Shown here: positions 11,280-23,065 of the stretch, one piece after another
How positions within the stretch are numbered: position 1 is the first letter of the stretch
Layout of the letters: every line of letters begins with the position of its first letter
Notes under the pieces: model-generated
Database searches by the model: none
What the model was told of the DNA's origin: nothing
What the model saw: the letters and a program-made list of their open reading frames with translations, nothing else
Assembly (NCBI GenBank): GCA_963921275.4
Contig: OZ001293.3
Coordinates: 4,832,001-4,896,000, forward strand
Length of the DNA: 64,000 bases
DNA from: an uncultured Hormoscilla sp.
GTDB taxonomy: Bacteria; Cyanobacteriota; Cyanobacteriia; Cyanobacteriales; Desertifilaceae
Direction of reading: 5' to 3'
Made by a program: the position numbers and the translations under genes

Positions 11280-11315
11280 GCAAAATAGAAAGTACATGCG
11301 ATTGAACGGCTGCCC

Positions 11316-13746
11316 ATGACCATCGGTATCATCCTGATTGTCTCGATTTTGCTCTTAGGCGGTGTCCTGGCGACACTGGGAGATCGCATTGGCACAAAAG
11401 TGGGCAAGGCGCGGTTGTCTCTGTTCAAGCTGCGTCCCCGGAAAACCGCAACTCTGGTGACGATCGCCACGGGAGTGATGATTGCAGGCACCACCCTGGG
11501 CATCTTATTTGCCACTAGCGAGCCCTTACGGCGAGGCATATTTGCATACGATCGAACCCTCAAAAAACTCAGAGCCGCCCGCCGAGAATTAAAAGAAACT
11601 AGAGTCCAAAAGATTCATGTAGAGACCCAGTTAGCCCAAGCGAGAGATCGGCACGCAGCGGCCCAACAACATTTAGATGAAATTAATCAGTCTTTGCAGG
11701 CAGCACTGGCACAACAAGGGGTTACGGAAGTGAAACTGGCGCAAACTCAAAACCAACTGGGTCAAGTCACAGCCAATTTTGAGCAAACCCAAAGCCAACT
11801 TCAGGATGTCCTGAGCAAGTTTAAGCAAGCTCATGCTCAACTGTCAAGGGTTTCTGGGCAAGTGGAAACCCTAGGGGCTGAAATCACTCAACTGCAAAGG
11901 GAACGTCAAGAATTGATCGGACAGCGGGATGAGGTGAAACGGCAAATTGCTGGATGGGGTCGAGCCGGGAATCGCTTCCCGACCCTCCCTTGAGGAACCG
12001 GACTTGCGATTTTCACCGCATCCGGCTACTGGGTACTAGGCCCTTTTCATAGGTAGACTTAATAGGAATTACTTCCGTTAGCCCTTGCCGCCTGTCTTTT
12101 CTTCCCTTTCCTGGTTTAGCGAGTGGTTGTTCTGATAACCGTTAGTATCACCATTTTCAAGTCAGTTTTACCAGTTATCCATACCTTATCCTCCACTTGC
12201 GTTTCGGATTAGTTCCGTGGCTTTTTAGGATTACTCATTCCAGCAGCTTCCTAGTATCACCGACCCACGTCAGCGCTGGCTACCCAGCATCATCTACATT
12301 ACTGTAGATGTTATCCCAGGAATTACCCCGGGCATTCGCTTCTTGGGCCATCCCTCCCCCCGTGGCTTGCGCTTAACATCTAACTTGTCCTGATGGACAG
12401 CACACGAGAGGTTACTTCGTTCCCTAACAACATTTCGCGATACCTTTAGGTCCACACTATACCCCGGGAGCTATTTGAGTACTATATTAGCCAGAGTCTA
12501 AAACTAATACTAGCTACCATTTCCTTTTTAGGCCAGCGCATATAGCCTTATTTCGCTGGTTCCTTATAACGAGGCTTGCACATGTTTGCCTGCTCTAACC
12601 TTGGATATCTTTCCTAGCGGCGTCACCGGCTTAGGCTGCCAGTTATCCTACATTTGAGTCCTCGCTTAGCACCACGATGATGTCGCTTCGTAGCACCGAG
12701 GACCGGTGTCACCCCCGTACCTGGGGGGAGGGGAATTTAACCCCCATGCGGTCAGAGTTCCCGGCTAATGAAACCGGGCTAGCGTTCCGTGTTTGACCAC
12801 GTTAGGCTAGAACGAATCGCACAGACTCAATCAAGCTATTGCCCAGCGGGACAGGGAAATTACTCAGCTAGACAAGCATATTGCCGAGCGCGACCAGATC
12901 ATTGGCCAGCGGGACCAGATGATTGCCGATCGCGACCAGATCATTGCTCAGCTAGACGGCAAAATTGCCCAGCGGGACCAGATGATTGCCGATCGGGACG
13001 ATATCATTGCTCAGCGGGAACTGCGCCTGAAAGGATTAGAAACCGAGCAGTCCTTTCTGGAACGGCAAGTTAACATGCTGCAACAATATTATCAGGAATA
13101 TCAAGAGTTGCGTCTTGGCAATGTCGCCCTGCGACGAGGTCAAATTCTTGCTGATGGGGTCGTGCGCATCCTCTCACCTACGGCAGCTAAAGACGCCGTA
13201 GACCACCTGTTGCGCCAAGCTAACAAAGCTGCTATCTCTCAGGTGACTTACCCCCATGGCAATGCCGCTGTTGACGAACAGGTGATTCAAATTACTCAAG
13301 CCGAAGTTGAGCAATTGACTAATAGAATTAGTAATGGAAAAAACTATGTGGTGCGCATTCTTTCAGCGGGTAACTACGTGCGCGGAGAGAATGCTGTGCG
13401 CGTCTTTGCCGATATAGCACTTAATAAAATCGTATTTCTGACTGGCGAAGTGGTGGCTTTCGGTTCTGTTGATGCTTCGAGAATGAGTGAAGATGAAATC
13501 CTGCAACGCCTAGATTTGCTGATGGCATCTTCTAAATTCCGCGCCCGCCGTGCTGGTATTCTAGGTACTACCATCCAAATTACCGATGGCAGCCCTAAAA
13601 CTCTGGTACAGTTTATTGAACGGCTGAATGATTATCAAAAACTACTGGAAATTCAAGCTGTGGCAGCAGAAGTGACCTATACCGCTGGACCCCTGAAAAT
13701 CGAACTTGTCGCTATTAGAGATGGCGAAGTCCTGTTTCGTACTTAA
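11316..13746 (+). pseudogene. DUF3084 membrane-anchored coiled-coil protein interrupted by an antisense group II intron
   Basis: GDRIGTKVGKARLSLFKLRPRKTA N-terminus; removing 11952-12822 restores a 519-aa frame (KRQIA|RLNQAIAQRD). Confidence 0.9.
11952..12822 (-). mobile_element. ORF-less group II intron, 871 nt (copy A1)
   Basis: 5' GTGCG; domain V GTAGCCGGATGCGGTGAAAATCGCAAGTCCGGTTC with the AGC triad; domain VI with bulged A; EBS1 AGACTC pairs with exon GAGTCT; no RT ORF. Confidence 0.93.
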
Positions 13747-13842
13747 ACTAACATGGCTGCGCCACGCTGCGCGAATGGCTGCGCCACGCTGCGCGAACAG
13801 AAACCTGGTTTATAGATATCTTGAATAATTTATACCCGCTAT

Positions 13843-14277
13843 ATGCTCAATAATTATCCTCCAACTTCCCCCCATCAATCAGTGATTTTGGGTTTCGATC
13901 CAGGATGCGATAAGTGCGGGATCGCTGTCATGGCAGACGACGCCCAAGTCTATTATCATCAAGTTGTCCCCGCTGCTGAGGCGATCGCCACTATAGATCG
14001 CCTGCTTCATCAATATCCCGTCTCTTTGCTAGTAATGGGCGATCGCACTACTGCTAAAGCTTGGCAACAGCAGATTAACCGCAGTTTATCCCAACCACCC
14101 CCGATCGTTACTGTCGATGAGCACTACAGTAGTCTGGAGGCACGCGATCGCTACAGGCAAATTTACCCTCCCAAAGGACTAAATCGCTTAATTCCCCAAG
14201 GCATGCGGCAACCACCCCGTCCCGTCGATGATATTGTTGCTATTATTTTAATTGAACGGTACATTGCTAATCGTTAG
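13843..14277 (+). CDS. yqgF: YqgF/RuvX-family RNase H-fold nuclease
   Basis: ILGFDPG.DKCGIA, VDEHYSSLEAR, PVDDIVAIIL. Confidence 0.85.
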   Translation: MLNNYPPTSPHQSVILGFDPGCDKCGIAVMADDAQVYYHQVVPAAEAIATIDRLLHQYPVSLLVMGDRTTAKAWQQQINRSLSQPPPIVTVDEHYSSLEARDRYRQIYPPKGLNRLIPQGMRQPPRPVDDIVAIILIERYIANR

Positions 14278-14315
14278 TTGTTAGTTGTTAGTTGTTCATC
14301 GACCATTCTCCATTC

Positions 14316-14579
14316 TCAAATTTGAGCGCGGATAGTGAAAGAATAATCTCTTCCAGGTTCAAGCTGATAATCCTGCTGTTCTAAAAACCGAGATAAAGGT
14401 TCTTGAATTAAAGCACGTCCCAAAGAAGGCTTAACATACAATTCTCCCCTGCTAAAATGCCACTGAAACTCCCACTGATAGGACTCAGCTATCACTTCGC
14501 CTTCCATTTTTCCTTGCATCCAGGATTGTGATAAGACCCGGACATAAGCGGTGGTTTCCGGTAAACGTCGAGAACTCAT
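14316..14579 (-). CDS. DUF3146 family protein
   Basis: LPETTAYVRV..QSW..G..EGEV, PSLGRALIQEPL.RFLEQ.DYQLEPG. Confidence 0.85.
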   Translation of the reverse strand: MSSRRLPETTAYVRVLSQSWMQGKMEGEVIAESYQWEFQWHFSRGELYVKPSLGRALIQEPLSRFLEQQDYQLEPGRDYSFTIRAQI

Positions 14580-14667
14580 TTAATCTTCTCTGCGTACACA
14601 TTGCAGTATTTCCTGGTGCTGCATCTCCTGGCCGCGCTAATCGTACATGCATAGGAGATGCAGCGCG

Positions 14668-15333
14668 CTAATCGCACAAAAGAGGAGATACCGCGCGACC
14701 ATTGTAGAGACTCATCGCCTTTTCAACTCCCTGTCTGAGACTTAATTCCACCGCATCGACTGCTAACTGGATTACCTCTGACATTAGCTGAGTTTCCGAT
14801 GGAGAAAATTTCCCTAACACGTGAGAAATGGTATTCTTGTCACTGGTGGTGCGATTGCGCTGCGCGCACGCTACGCGAACGGAAGGACTGCCGATGCCAA
14901 TCCGCAGGCGGGGAAAATTTTGGCCTCCTAAATGGGCGATCGCGCTTTTCATGCCATTATGGGAGCCAGCGGAACCTGACAGGCGCAGGCGCATCCTCCC
15001 TAAGGGCAGATCCAGATCATCATATATTACTAGTACCGATTGCGGTGGCAGCTTATACCAATCTATCGTCGCTCTGATGGCCTGTCCCGATCGATTCATA
15101 TAAGTCTGGGGCTTCAGCAAGCGGATTTTGCCCCCTGGGGCCAGAGTGGTTTCCCCGTACATCCCCTGAAATCGCTTATTTTCCGATAGGGAAATCTGCC
15201 AGATCCGCGTCAAGGCATCGACAACATCAAAACCGACATTGTGACGAGTGCGATCGTACTTGGATCCAGGATTCCCCAAACCGACGAGCAGCTGGGGAAT
15301 CACTAAAGTTTTAGCACCGGTATCTTCTGCCAT
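14668..15333 (-). CDS. pth: Peptidyl-tRNA hydrolase carrying a 24-nt in-frame insertion
   Basis: LLVGLGNPG..Y..TRHNVGF, LKPQTYMN.SG, GSAGSHNG, RLRIGIG. Confidence 0.96.
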   Translation of the reverse strand: MAEDTGAKTLVIPQLLVGLGNPGSKYDRTRHNVGFDVVDALTRIWQISLSENKRFQGMYGETTLAPGGKIRLLKPQTYMNRSGQAIRATIDWYKLPPQSVLVIYDDLDLPLGRMRLRLSGSAGSHNGMKSAIAHLGGQNFPRLRIGIGSPSVRVACAQRNRTTSDKNTISHVLGKFSPSETQLMSEVIQLAVDAVELSLRQGVEKAMSLYNGRAVSPLLCD

Positions 15334-15469
15334 TTATCCTGGTTCATTCGATGTCCTCCGACAGGGCGAGCGGTCTCCTGGGGCGAGGTATGTCCCGGGA
15401 GCGCTAATCGCACAAAAGGGGACATACCTCGCGCTAATCGCACAAAAGGGGAGACACGCGCTAGTCGCA

Positions 15470-15736
15470 CTACCCGTCGGACATCGAAGCCTTATCTGAG
15501 GCGGAGGCTACCACTTCTTTTGGCTGGGACTCCGATGATTCGGGCCCTGCAGCTTGCTCGATTTGCGCTGCTTCCCGTTTAAACTCGGTCTCGAACTCCT
15601 TGGAGGCCTCCTGGAAGCCTCTGATCGCTTTTCCCATGCTGCGACCGATTTCTGGCAACTTTTTCGGACCAAATATCAACAGCGCCACCACCATAATTAC
15701 CGCTATTTCCGGCAGACCCATGCCAAAAATGTTCAT
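15470..15736 (-). CDS. tatA: Twin-arginine translocase TatA/E subunit
   Basis: FGMGLPEIAVI...LLIFGPKKLPEIGRSMGKAIRGF. Confidence 0.93.
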   Translation of the reverse strand: MNIFGMGLPEIAVIMVVALLIFGPKKLPEIGRSMGKAIRGFQEASKEFETEFKREAAQIEQAAGPESSESQPKEVVASASDKASMSDG

Positions 15737-15870
15737 CTGTACTTCCTCCTGAGAATGCTATGCTTTCAAAATAACCCGGGCGATCCGATCGCCCTGACAA
15801 AAAGTTATCTCGTTCCCAGATCTCTGTCTGAGAACGAGAGTCGAACTCTTTAGTACCGACAACTAGCCGC

Positions 15871-16074
15871 TTATTTGCCCAAGCTGGACCAATCCACCTG
15901 CAGTCCCTCAAGGATCAGTGAGGAATTGTAGATTTGCAGGATAATCAGCAAAAACACGAAAAACAGCAGCATAAACACGCCCATCAGCGGGGTGGTGCCC
16001 CAACCGGGAGTCACTTTGCCGTACTCGGAGTTCAGCGTTTTGAGAATATCTCCTAATCTGGTTTGTTGTGCCAT
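15871..16074 (-). CDS. psbH: Photosystem II protein H
   Basis: [29 protein letters not shown]. Confidence 0.97.
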   Translation of the reverse strand: MAQQTRLGDILKTLNSEYGKVTPGWGTTPLMGVFMLLFFVFLLIILQIYNSSLILEGLQVDWSSLGK

Positions 16075-16158
16075 TGGTCTCAATCGTCCCTCTCAAATGA
16101 GATTGGTGTAACTTTTTGTAATATTATAGATTATACTCCTTAATTTTTTATTGAGCGC

Positions 16159-16290
16159 ATGGAAATCGCAACTGTTGTGACTATTTCGATCGCCGTCGTT
16201 CTGATCTGCATCACCGCCTTCTCAATCTACACCGCTTTCGGGCCCCCGTCCAAGCAATTGGACGACCCCTTCGAGGACCACTCCGACTAA
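16159..16290 (+). CDS. psbN: PsbN (43 aa, not in the ORF track)
   Basis: MEIATVVTISIAVVLICITAFSIYTAFGPPSKQLDDPFEDHSD; divergent from psbH. Confidence 0.95.
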   Translation: MEIATVVTISIAVVLICITAFSIYTAFGPPSKQLDDPFEDHSD

Positions 16291-16445
16291 CAGTGTTGAC
16301 TGGTGACTGGTAACTGGCAAAAGTCTTGTCCCATCCTGGTTGGGGTTTTCTGCTGAGTCTGACCCCTTATCTTGCCTCCCACCCATGATTTTCTCTCGCA
16401 CCAGCGGTTGACCAGACCAGGATAATGTCAATGCATATATAAATT

Positions 16446-16502
16446 CACAATTGACCACTGACCACTGACCACTGACTACTGACAACCCACAACTGACAAC
16501 TA
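16446..16502. repeat. Heptamer short tandem repeat (STRR-like)
   Basis: TGACCAC/TGACTAC/TGACAAC units; similar tracts near 14275 and 25700. Confidence 0.7.
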
Positions 16503-16800
16503 TTCCTGCAATTTTTGACCACAAAACTGACAATTTTACCAGGCCCGATCGACATCTGACCAGATTCTGGCGATGCAGGCAACTGCACGGGTCGTTCTAA
16601 CAGATCCACAGGCTGGGCAATTCCTAGATCTAAATCACTCCATAATACCATATCGGCATGTTCTCCGTGACATTCATAACAGCGGATAATTCATTCGCAG
16701 GGGTTATCCTCGGATTGTTTGAATGCCATCGAGACCAGATTTTCCACCTGTAAGTCCAAAAACTGACCGACGGCGGGCAGCTTTTGGTCAGAAGCAGCGC
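16503..16800 (-). pseudogene. C-terminal remnant of a GH38 alpha-mannosidase, truncated by IS630
   Basis: LPAVGQFLDLQVENLVSMAFKQSEDNPCE*IIRCYECHGE...VDLLERP resembles cyanobacterial alpha-mannosidase C-termini; internal TGA. Confidence 0.65.
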
Positions 16801-17246
16801 ACATCCGCGCTACTGTGGAAACCGACCCTCAAGGTCAATGGGTATTCATTTGCGACCAATTGAATACCCATAAATCCGAAACCCTGGTTAAGCTTGTTGC
16901 TCAGTTGTGCGGCATTCAAGAGGAATTGGGAAAGAAGGGAAAATCCGGCATTCTTGAAAATATGGCTTCCCGTGCGGCATTTTTGGAGAATCCAAGCCAT
17001 CGTATCCGTTTTGTTTATACCCCCAAACATTGCTCATGGCTCAACCAGGTGGAAATGTGGTTTGGTATTTTGACCCGCCGGTTGCTCAAACGCGGCAACT
17101 TCACGTCCCTTGAAGAACTCAAACGTCGCATTCTTGCATTCATTAAGTTCTTTAATGATACCTTGGCAAAACCCTTTCGCTGGACTTATATCGGTAAGTC
17201 GTTGCTCATCTGAGTTATTGGAGTTATTTGCAGCGTGGTGTACTAG
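16800..17246 (+). mobile_element. IS630-family remnant (transposase C-terminus and right end)
   Basis: DQLNTH, YTPKHCSWLNQVEMWFGIL, AKPFRWTY; right end ...GCGTGGTGTACTAG. Confidence 0.88.
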
Positions 17247-17646
17247 TTAGAGTAGCCAAAGCGACGCAAGAACCGCCCTCTTGCCGCAGGATATCCAAAA
17301 CCTGCACTACATCAGAGTAAATCGCCGTTTTCGACGCATACAAGACAATCAATCCCCGAGAATACTGGACCCGATAGCGACGCAATTTCTGGCGCAACTC
17401 ATCGGGTGTCAGCACAAGGTCTTGTTCCACGTAGGTTTGACCCGCAGCATCAATAGTGACAATCAACATCTCTTGCATCTGAGAACTGCCCGTACTAGCC
17501 TTGGGAATATCGATAGTAATTGCCTGTTGACTCGTCAAGCTCACAGCTGCTAAGATGAAAAATGTCAAAATGCAAAAGATGACATCAATCAGGGGAATAA
17601 TCTCAATCCGGACATCTTCACCTGGTAAATCCTGATTAATCTTCAT
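17224..17646 (-). CDS. exbD: ExbD/TolR, C-terminus replaced by IS630 end sequence
   Basis: [27 protein letters not shown]; the last codons (STPRCK) lie inside the IS end. Confidence 0.85.
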   Translation of the reverse strand: MKINQDLPGEDVRIEIIPLIDVIFCILTFFILAAVSLTSQQAITIDIPKASTGSSQMQEMLIVTIDAAGQTYVEQDLVLTPDELRQKLRRYRVQYSRGLIVLYASKTAIYSDVVQVLDILRQEGGSCVALATLTSTPRCK

Positions 17647-18298
17647 TAGTTTTCCTCTCCATAGCAGACCAATGCTGGCGGTAAATCAACTCTAATTCGC
17701 TTCCCGCCCTGCGAAATAGCTTCACCTGAGTAAACAGCAAGCCGCCAAACAGCCGATAGAAAGCTAGGGCGACGATCGCCACTACGAGGCCAGCGGCAGT
17801 ACTAATCAAGGCTTCGCCAATTCCCAGGGTAACGCCAGCTGTCGAAGCAGTGCCCAAGTCACCAATTCTAATCTCGCCCAGGGAGTTAATCAAGCCTAAC
17901 ACTGTACCCAACAATCCTAACAGGGGAGACAGGGCAATTACGGATTATAAGGATTTTTCGCCCCGCCGCATGGATGCTAATTCATCATCTGCTGCTGCTT
18001 CCAGTGCGATTTTAAATACTTCTGGTTCGATATTTTCTAACCGCAAGGGGGTATAGAGAAACCGGCCGATCGGCTGATTACTGGCCTGTCTGGCAATCTC
18101 TGGGGCAAAGTCCCATTGTTGACGGGCAGCACGCAAAATTTGTTCTATAATCAGTTTTTCTTTGGTTAAGACAGTAGCCCAGAACCACAGCCGCTCAATT
18201 ATTGTACTCAGGGCCAGGATCGATAGGAACAGCAATGGTACCATGGTCAACCCGCCCTTTTCAAACAGTTCTGTAATTATGATGATTTGTTGTTCCAT
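17636..18298 (-). pseudogene. exbB: ExbB/TolQ/MotA-family gene with an in-frame TAA
   Basis: GGLTMVPLLFLS...[26 protein letters not shown]...[16 protein letters not shown] at 17945-17947. Confidence 0.9.
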
Positions 18299-18576
18299 CT
18301 AGATTCCTCTGGTCATCCGGCTGGGTTGCTTCTCTTTAAGATTCTAGAATTGTCTTATACCATTTGCTAAACTTCGCTGTCAGCCCGCCGGGGGTTGCAA
18401 ACCCAAACGCTTTTAGCTAAAGTCGGTTTTAACCGACTAATACCATAATCTTCCAACTGATTGTAGCATTGTTTTGATAAAATGGAATTAGTCTGGTTTC
18501 GGTAAATATGGTAGGATATCCATACTGGTAGAGGCTCCTTAATCTTGTCACAATTAAGATAAATGGATGAGCAAGC

Positions 18577-18882
18577 ATGAAAAACTCGATCAAATCAATT
18601 TACAACTGGTACCGCAACACCCTGCGCCATCCCAAGTACCGCTGGTGGCTGCTCCTGGGCACTCTCGCTTATATTTTCTTTCCCTTTGACATTTCCCCGG
18701 ATTTGTTCCCCCTTATCGGTCAAATTGACGATGTGGCGATCGCGGTATTGCTGGTCTCGGAAGTTTCTCAGATGCTGGTAGATTATATTAAATCTCGTCA
18801 GCCCGATCAGAACAGTCCAGCTGCTGAAGAACCAGAGACCACCGGCACCACGGTAGATGTAGATGCGATGTCTGTAGATTAG
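18577..18882 (+). CDS. YkvA/DUF1232 family membrane protein
   Basis: LAYIFFPFDISPDLFPLIGQIDD. Confidence 0.88.
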   Translation: MKNSIKSIYNWYRNTLRHPKYRWWLLLGTLAYIFFPFDISPDLFPLIGQIDDVAIAVLLVSEVSQMLVDYIKSRQPDQNSPAAEEPETTGTTVDVDAMSVD

Positions 18883-19192
18883 CTGCGATATGAAACAGCT
18901 GATAATATCATACTCCTCTCTTAATGCAATACTCCGGACAAAATTAGGAGGCTATGGCCCCGTAGGCAAGCAGGTTCTGGTAGTTCCTTCGATGTCTCCT
19001 GGTACTACATCTCGTGGGAGCGCGGTTGAGGACTACCCACGTTTCGGCAGCATGCTAAAAGCACAACTGGTGGCGAGACATCTTTGTGAGATTTAATCTT
19101 TCCTTGACTCCTCCAAGGAAATAAATAAGTTCATGCATATGCTCTGTGAAGCGCCTTTAGAGGAGGCAACTCAAGAAAGCTCAACTCCGTGG

Positions 19193-19248
19193 CTGTGTCC
19201 CTTAACATGCATGAGACGATAGTATCTCATGCCTGTTAAGGGACACAG
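19193..19248. repeat. 56-bp near-perfect palindrome (mini-MITE-like)
   Basis: CTGTGTCCCTTAACA-tGCATGAGA ... TCTCATGCc-TGTTAAGGGACACAG. Confidence 0.7.
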
Positions 19249-19474
19249 GTTGCTGGCCCTTGACTGTTGTCTTGCTGTTTTGGCTTTCCGGACTGGCCGT
19301 GAAAGATATCTCTGCTCCTTGCTCTTGTCCCAGGGTCCATGGCTGCGCCACCCATGGCTTTGTTTTGAGGGATGTTTAAGGTGTTACTTGTCATATCGAC
19401 TCACTGATAATGGCTTGCTCTGTATTATAACATTGGCTCTACCTTCGTTCCCAGTATAACTACTTTGGCAATAA

Positions 19475-19655
19475 CGGGACTTTGAGAAAAAATAGGCGTA
19501 AAATGGCATCAAACCCTTTCACAGAGCCACATAAGGGTCGAGCTGGTCTCGAGGGACGACCCTCAGGGTTTCAGCCATTTGATACCCTTCGACGTAAAAC
19601 CCACACCCCCTAAGCTAAGAAGCCGTTTTTTGCCTGAGAAAATCTCAAAGTTCCG
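19475..19655. mobile_element. MITE, 181 bp
   Basis: TIRs CGGGACTTTGAGA / TCTCAAAGTTCCG (12 of 13 match) flanked by the 4-bp direct repeat ATAA. Confidence 0.75.
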
Positions 19656-20253
19656 ATAAAGGCAGCAATGCCCACCCCGATTGTACTGCCTATCCCGATC
19701 AGAGAGGGGATGGGTGCATCTGGTATGAAAGCTGCAGCGATCGTTTCATCGGTAGTGTCGTAGGTTGGGTTGAGGTACGAAACCCAACCAGGTGAAGGCG
19801 ATCTTTACCCAACATGGAAGGGCGATACTGCTGCGCAGTCGCTGCGCGATCATATGAGGCCGGGCACAGAAACCACGGGCGATCGCATGGGGTCGGAGCA
19901 AAAATAACATTGGCGATCGTAAATGGATGCGATCGCGTGGAAGCCAGAAACCGGGTTTATGTGGCAACCTGCCTGCGCAGGCTAAGATAGCAATATTGGG
20001 GCGATCGCAGGTGGTAAGCAGGTGGTGAGCAGATCTGAGAAAGGGGGCGATGGCCGGTGGTTAGTTCGCAGCAGGTGAAAACCTGCGGCTACTCCGAACG
20101 AAGCAATTGTCCCTCGCGAGGGTAGCGTGGCAACCTACCGGCACGGGCTAAGATCGGAGAAAGGGGCGATCGCAATCGGGCAGAAAGCTGCACAACATTC
20201 ATCGGAATAATTTTTTGTTATAATTGAAGAGCAATCCAGTAGGATAAGAGATC

Positions 20254-20523
20254 GTGAGTGAGAGACTAGACAGAATTGAAGCAATCCTAGAGGGGATGGC
20301 AGTTCAAATGCAAGCTGATCGCCAAGAGATAGCAGAGTTAAGGAATACCACTACAGCTCTGGTCCAGACAGTAGAGATATTTCAGCGCAACTTTGAGGTC
20401 ATTCAGCGCAACTTTGATGCAAATGAACGCAAATTTGATCGAATGATGACTTATATCACAGGTCTGCAAGTCGAAAACCGTCGGATTTTAGAGCGGGTGC
20501 TTGGTCCAGATTTCGATAAATAA
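20254..20523 (+). CDS. Small coiled-coil hypothetical protein
   Basis: SERLDRIEAILE...GLQVENRRILE, a common cyanobacterial paralog pattern; GTG start. Confidence 0.7.
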   Translation: MSERLDRIEAILEGMAVQMQADRQEIAELRNTTTALVQTVEIFQRNFEVIQRNFDANERKFDRMMTYITGLQVENRRILERVLGPDFDK

Positions 20524-20809
20524 TGTGAATTAGGGGGGATCGCTCGCAGGGGTTTGCAGGTTAAAACCTGCGGCTACACCGAACGAAGCTGGCCTGTACA
20601 TGCTAAGATCGGACTTGAATGCTAAGGTAAAGCCCTGCTTATAGAAATGTCTGATGTATTTTTGTAAAAATCAACTCCAAAAGAGCTTGACAATGCCAGA
20701 ATTTAGGTTATGATAAAAATATGGCGTTGCTCGACTGGGAATAAGCGAATTTCCTGTGGAGATGCAAGCTAGCTGTAATAAAAGAACATAGAAGCACGGG
20801 AAAGGCAAA

Positions 20810-23065
20810 ATGGCAAAGCGCGGCAAAAGGCAAAAACAAAAAGTGGGCAGGAGAGCAAAGCAAGTTAACTCTAAATTAGGAGATTCTCAATTAATTTATG
20901 AGGCAGTTGTCCATTACCAAACAAGAAAGGTAAGGGAAGCAGAATAGATATGTTTTGACATACTCGGGCAGGAACCTAACCATGCAGATGCGCTTCACAT
21001 ACTAGGGGATATCGCCGGCGCTCGGGGCCAGTACGATCGGGCGCTCGGATTATACGAGCAGTCCCTAGCCTCAAAGGGCAAAAATAGTTATAAATCACAT
21101 AATAACATAGGTCTAGTCCTAGAAAAACAGGGCAAGATAGATGAGGCGATCGCCCATTACCGGAAGGCCATCAGCATTGACCCGAAGCAGGGCGCGCTCC
21201 ACAGTAACTTAGGAAAGGCCCTGTACCGGCAAGGGAAAATTGCGGAAGCGATCGCATGTTGGCAACGGGCGCTCGGCCTGCGCCCAGATGACCCGAAAGC
21301 TCATAATAACCTGGGAATGGCTCTGGAAAGACAGCTAGAATATGACCGGGCGCTCGAGCATTTCCAACAGGCGCTCGCCTGCAAACCGGACGATGCAGAA
21401 GCTTATGACAATTTGGGGAGAGTCAAGGAAAAGCAGGGAAAATACTCAGAGGCGATGGCCTATTATCAGCAGGCGCTCGCCCTGGACCCGAACAGGGCCG
21501 ACATTCATAATAATATCGCCTATGTCTTAGACAGACAGGGAAAGCTTGAGGAGGCGATCGCTCACTTTCGCCAAGCGGTCAGCCTCAACCCCAAGGGGGC
21601 AGAATATAATAATAACCTCGCTCTTGCCCTACAGAAGCAGAAAAAATTACCAGAGGCCATAGGTTACTACCAGGAGGCAATCCGCCTCAAGCCCGACTAC
21701 GGCCAAGCTTATAGTAACCTGGGGACGTTATTGCAAAGCCAGGGGCGACTGACAGAGGCGATCTCCTATTACCAGCAGGCCATCAAACTGGAACCGAACT
21801 CGGCTGAAGTTCATAGTAACCTGGGCAGTGTCAATTACGAACAGGGAAATATTGCAGAGGCGATCTTCTATTGCCAGCAGGCCCTCCTGCTGGAACCGGA
21901 CTCGGCTAAAGTTCATATTAACCTGGGCAGTGTCAATTACGAACAGGGAAATATTGCAGAGGCGATCTTCTATTGCCAGCAGGCCCTCCTGCTGGAACCG
22001 GACTCGGCTAAAGTTCATATTAACCTGGGCAGTGTCAATTACGAACAGGGAAATATTGCAGAGGCGATCGCCAGTTACCAGGAGGCGCTCGCCCTGCAGC
22101 CAGACGACGCGGAAGCTCACAAAAGCCTGGGCGCGTTACTGCTACTCTCGGGAGACTTACAACGGGGTTTTGCCGAGTATGAATGGCGCTGGCAAATTCC
22201 GAAATTTGTCCGAGAAGAGATTAGGCCATCGAGCTCTAAACCTCTGTGGCAGGGGGAAGACCTGGAAGGACGGACGCTCTTAATCACTCGCGAACAGGGT
22301 TTTGGCGATATGATTCATTTTATTCGTTACGCCAAAGTTGTGAGGGAACAGCAGACAGGGGGCGGTCGGATCCTAGTTACCTGCCGAGAACCTTTGCTTA
22401 GATTATTTAAGTCTATTCCCGATATCGAACTGCTAATCGCGGGCAGTGCAGCACTCCCAGATTTTGATGTCTGGGCCCCGATAATGAGTTTACCCTATAT
22501 TCTGGGGACTACTTTAGAAACTATTCCGGCCCAAGTTCCTTATTTGCATGCAAGGGAAGGAGAAGCGCTAAAGCGCTTACTACGAACGTCGGATAAATTT
22601 AAGGTGGGTATTGTTTGGGCCTCAAAAGCAGACCATCCTAACTCTCGGAAGCGTTCCTGCGATCTAAATCACTTTTTGCAACTGCTGTCTCTTCCCCACA
22701 TTACTCTCTACAGTCTCCAAAAGGATTTCCCCCAACCCCCCGAACTCCAAGACAACAAAAATATTATTTTCCTCGGAGAACAGTTACATGACTTTGCCGA
22801 TACTGCTGCGATTATCCAAGCATTAGATTTAGTGATTACTGTCGATACCTCTGTTGCCCATCTCGCTGGCGCCTTGGGTAAACTAGTCTGGGTTCTCCTA
22901 CCTTTTGTCCCTGACTGGCGCTGGATGTTGCATCGTGCTGACAGTCCGTGGTATCCTACCATGCAACTGTTCCGCCAACAGAAACTCGGAGACTGGTCGG
23001 AGGTGTTCCTGGCGGTCCAAAGGGCGCTAGAGTCATTAGTGTTTACTACGAACCGAGTTCAGTAA
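20810..23065 (+). pseudogene. TPR-repeat protein with C-terminal GT9-like glycosyltransferase domain; TAG near the N-terminus
   Basis: The frame opens at ATG 20810 (MAKRGKR...), has TAG at 20945-20947, then continues through TPRs into ORF 21317-23065 (EQGFGDMIHFIRY, DLVITVDTSVAHLAGALG, DSPWYPT). A 102-bp TPR unit is triplicated at about 21810-22075. A shorter product from a downstream start is possible. Confidence 0.8.

Noticed and set aside
19536..19546. GGGTCGAGCTG as another intron 3' end
   Set aside because: No adjacent domain V; it lies inside a MITE and is probably a chance match
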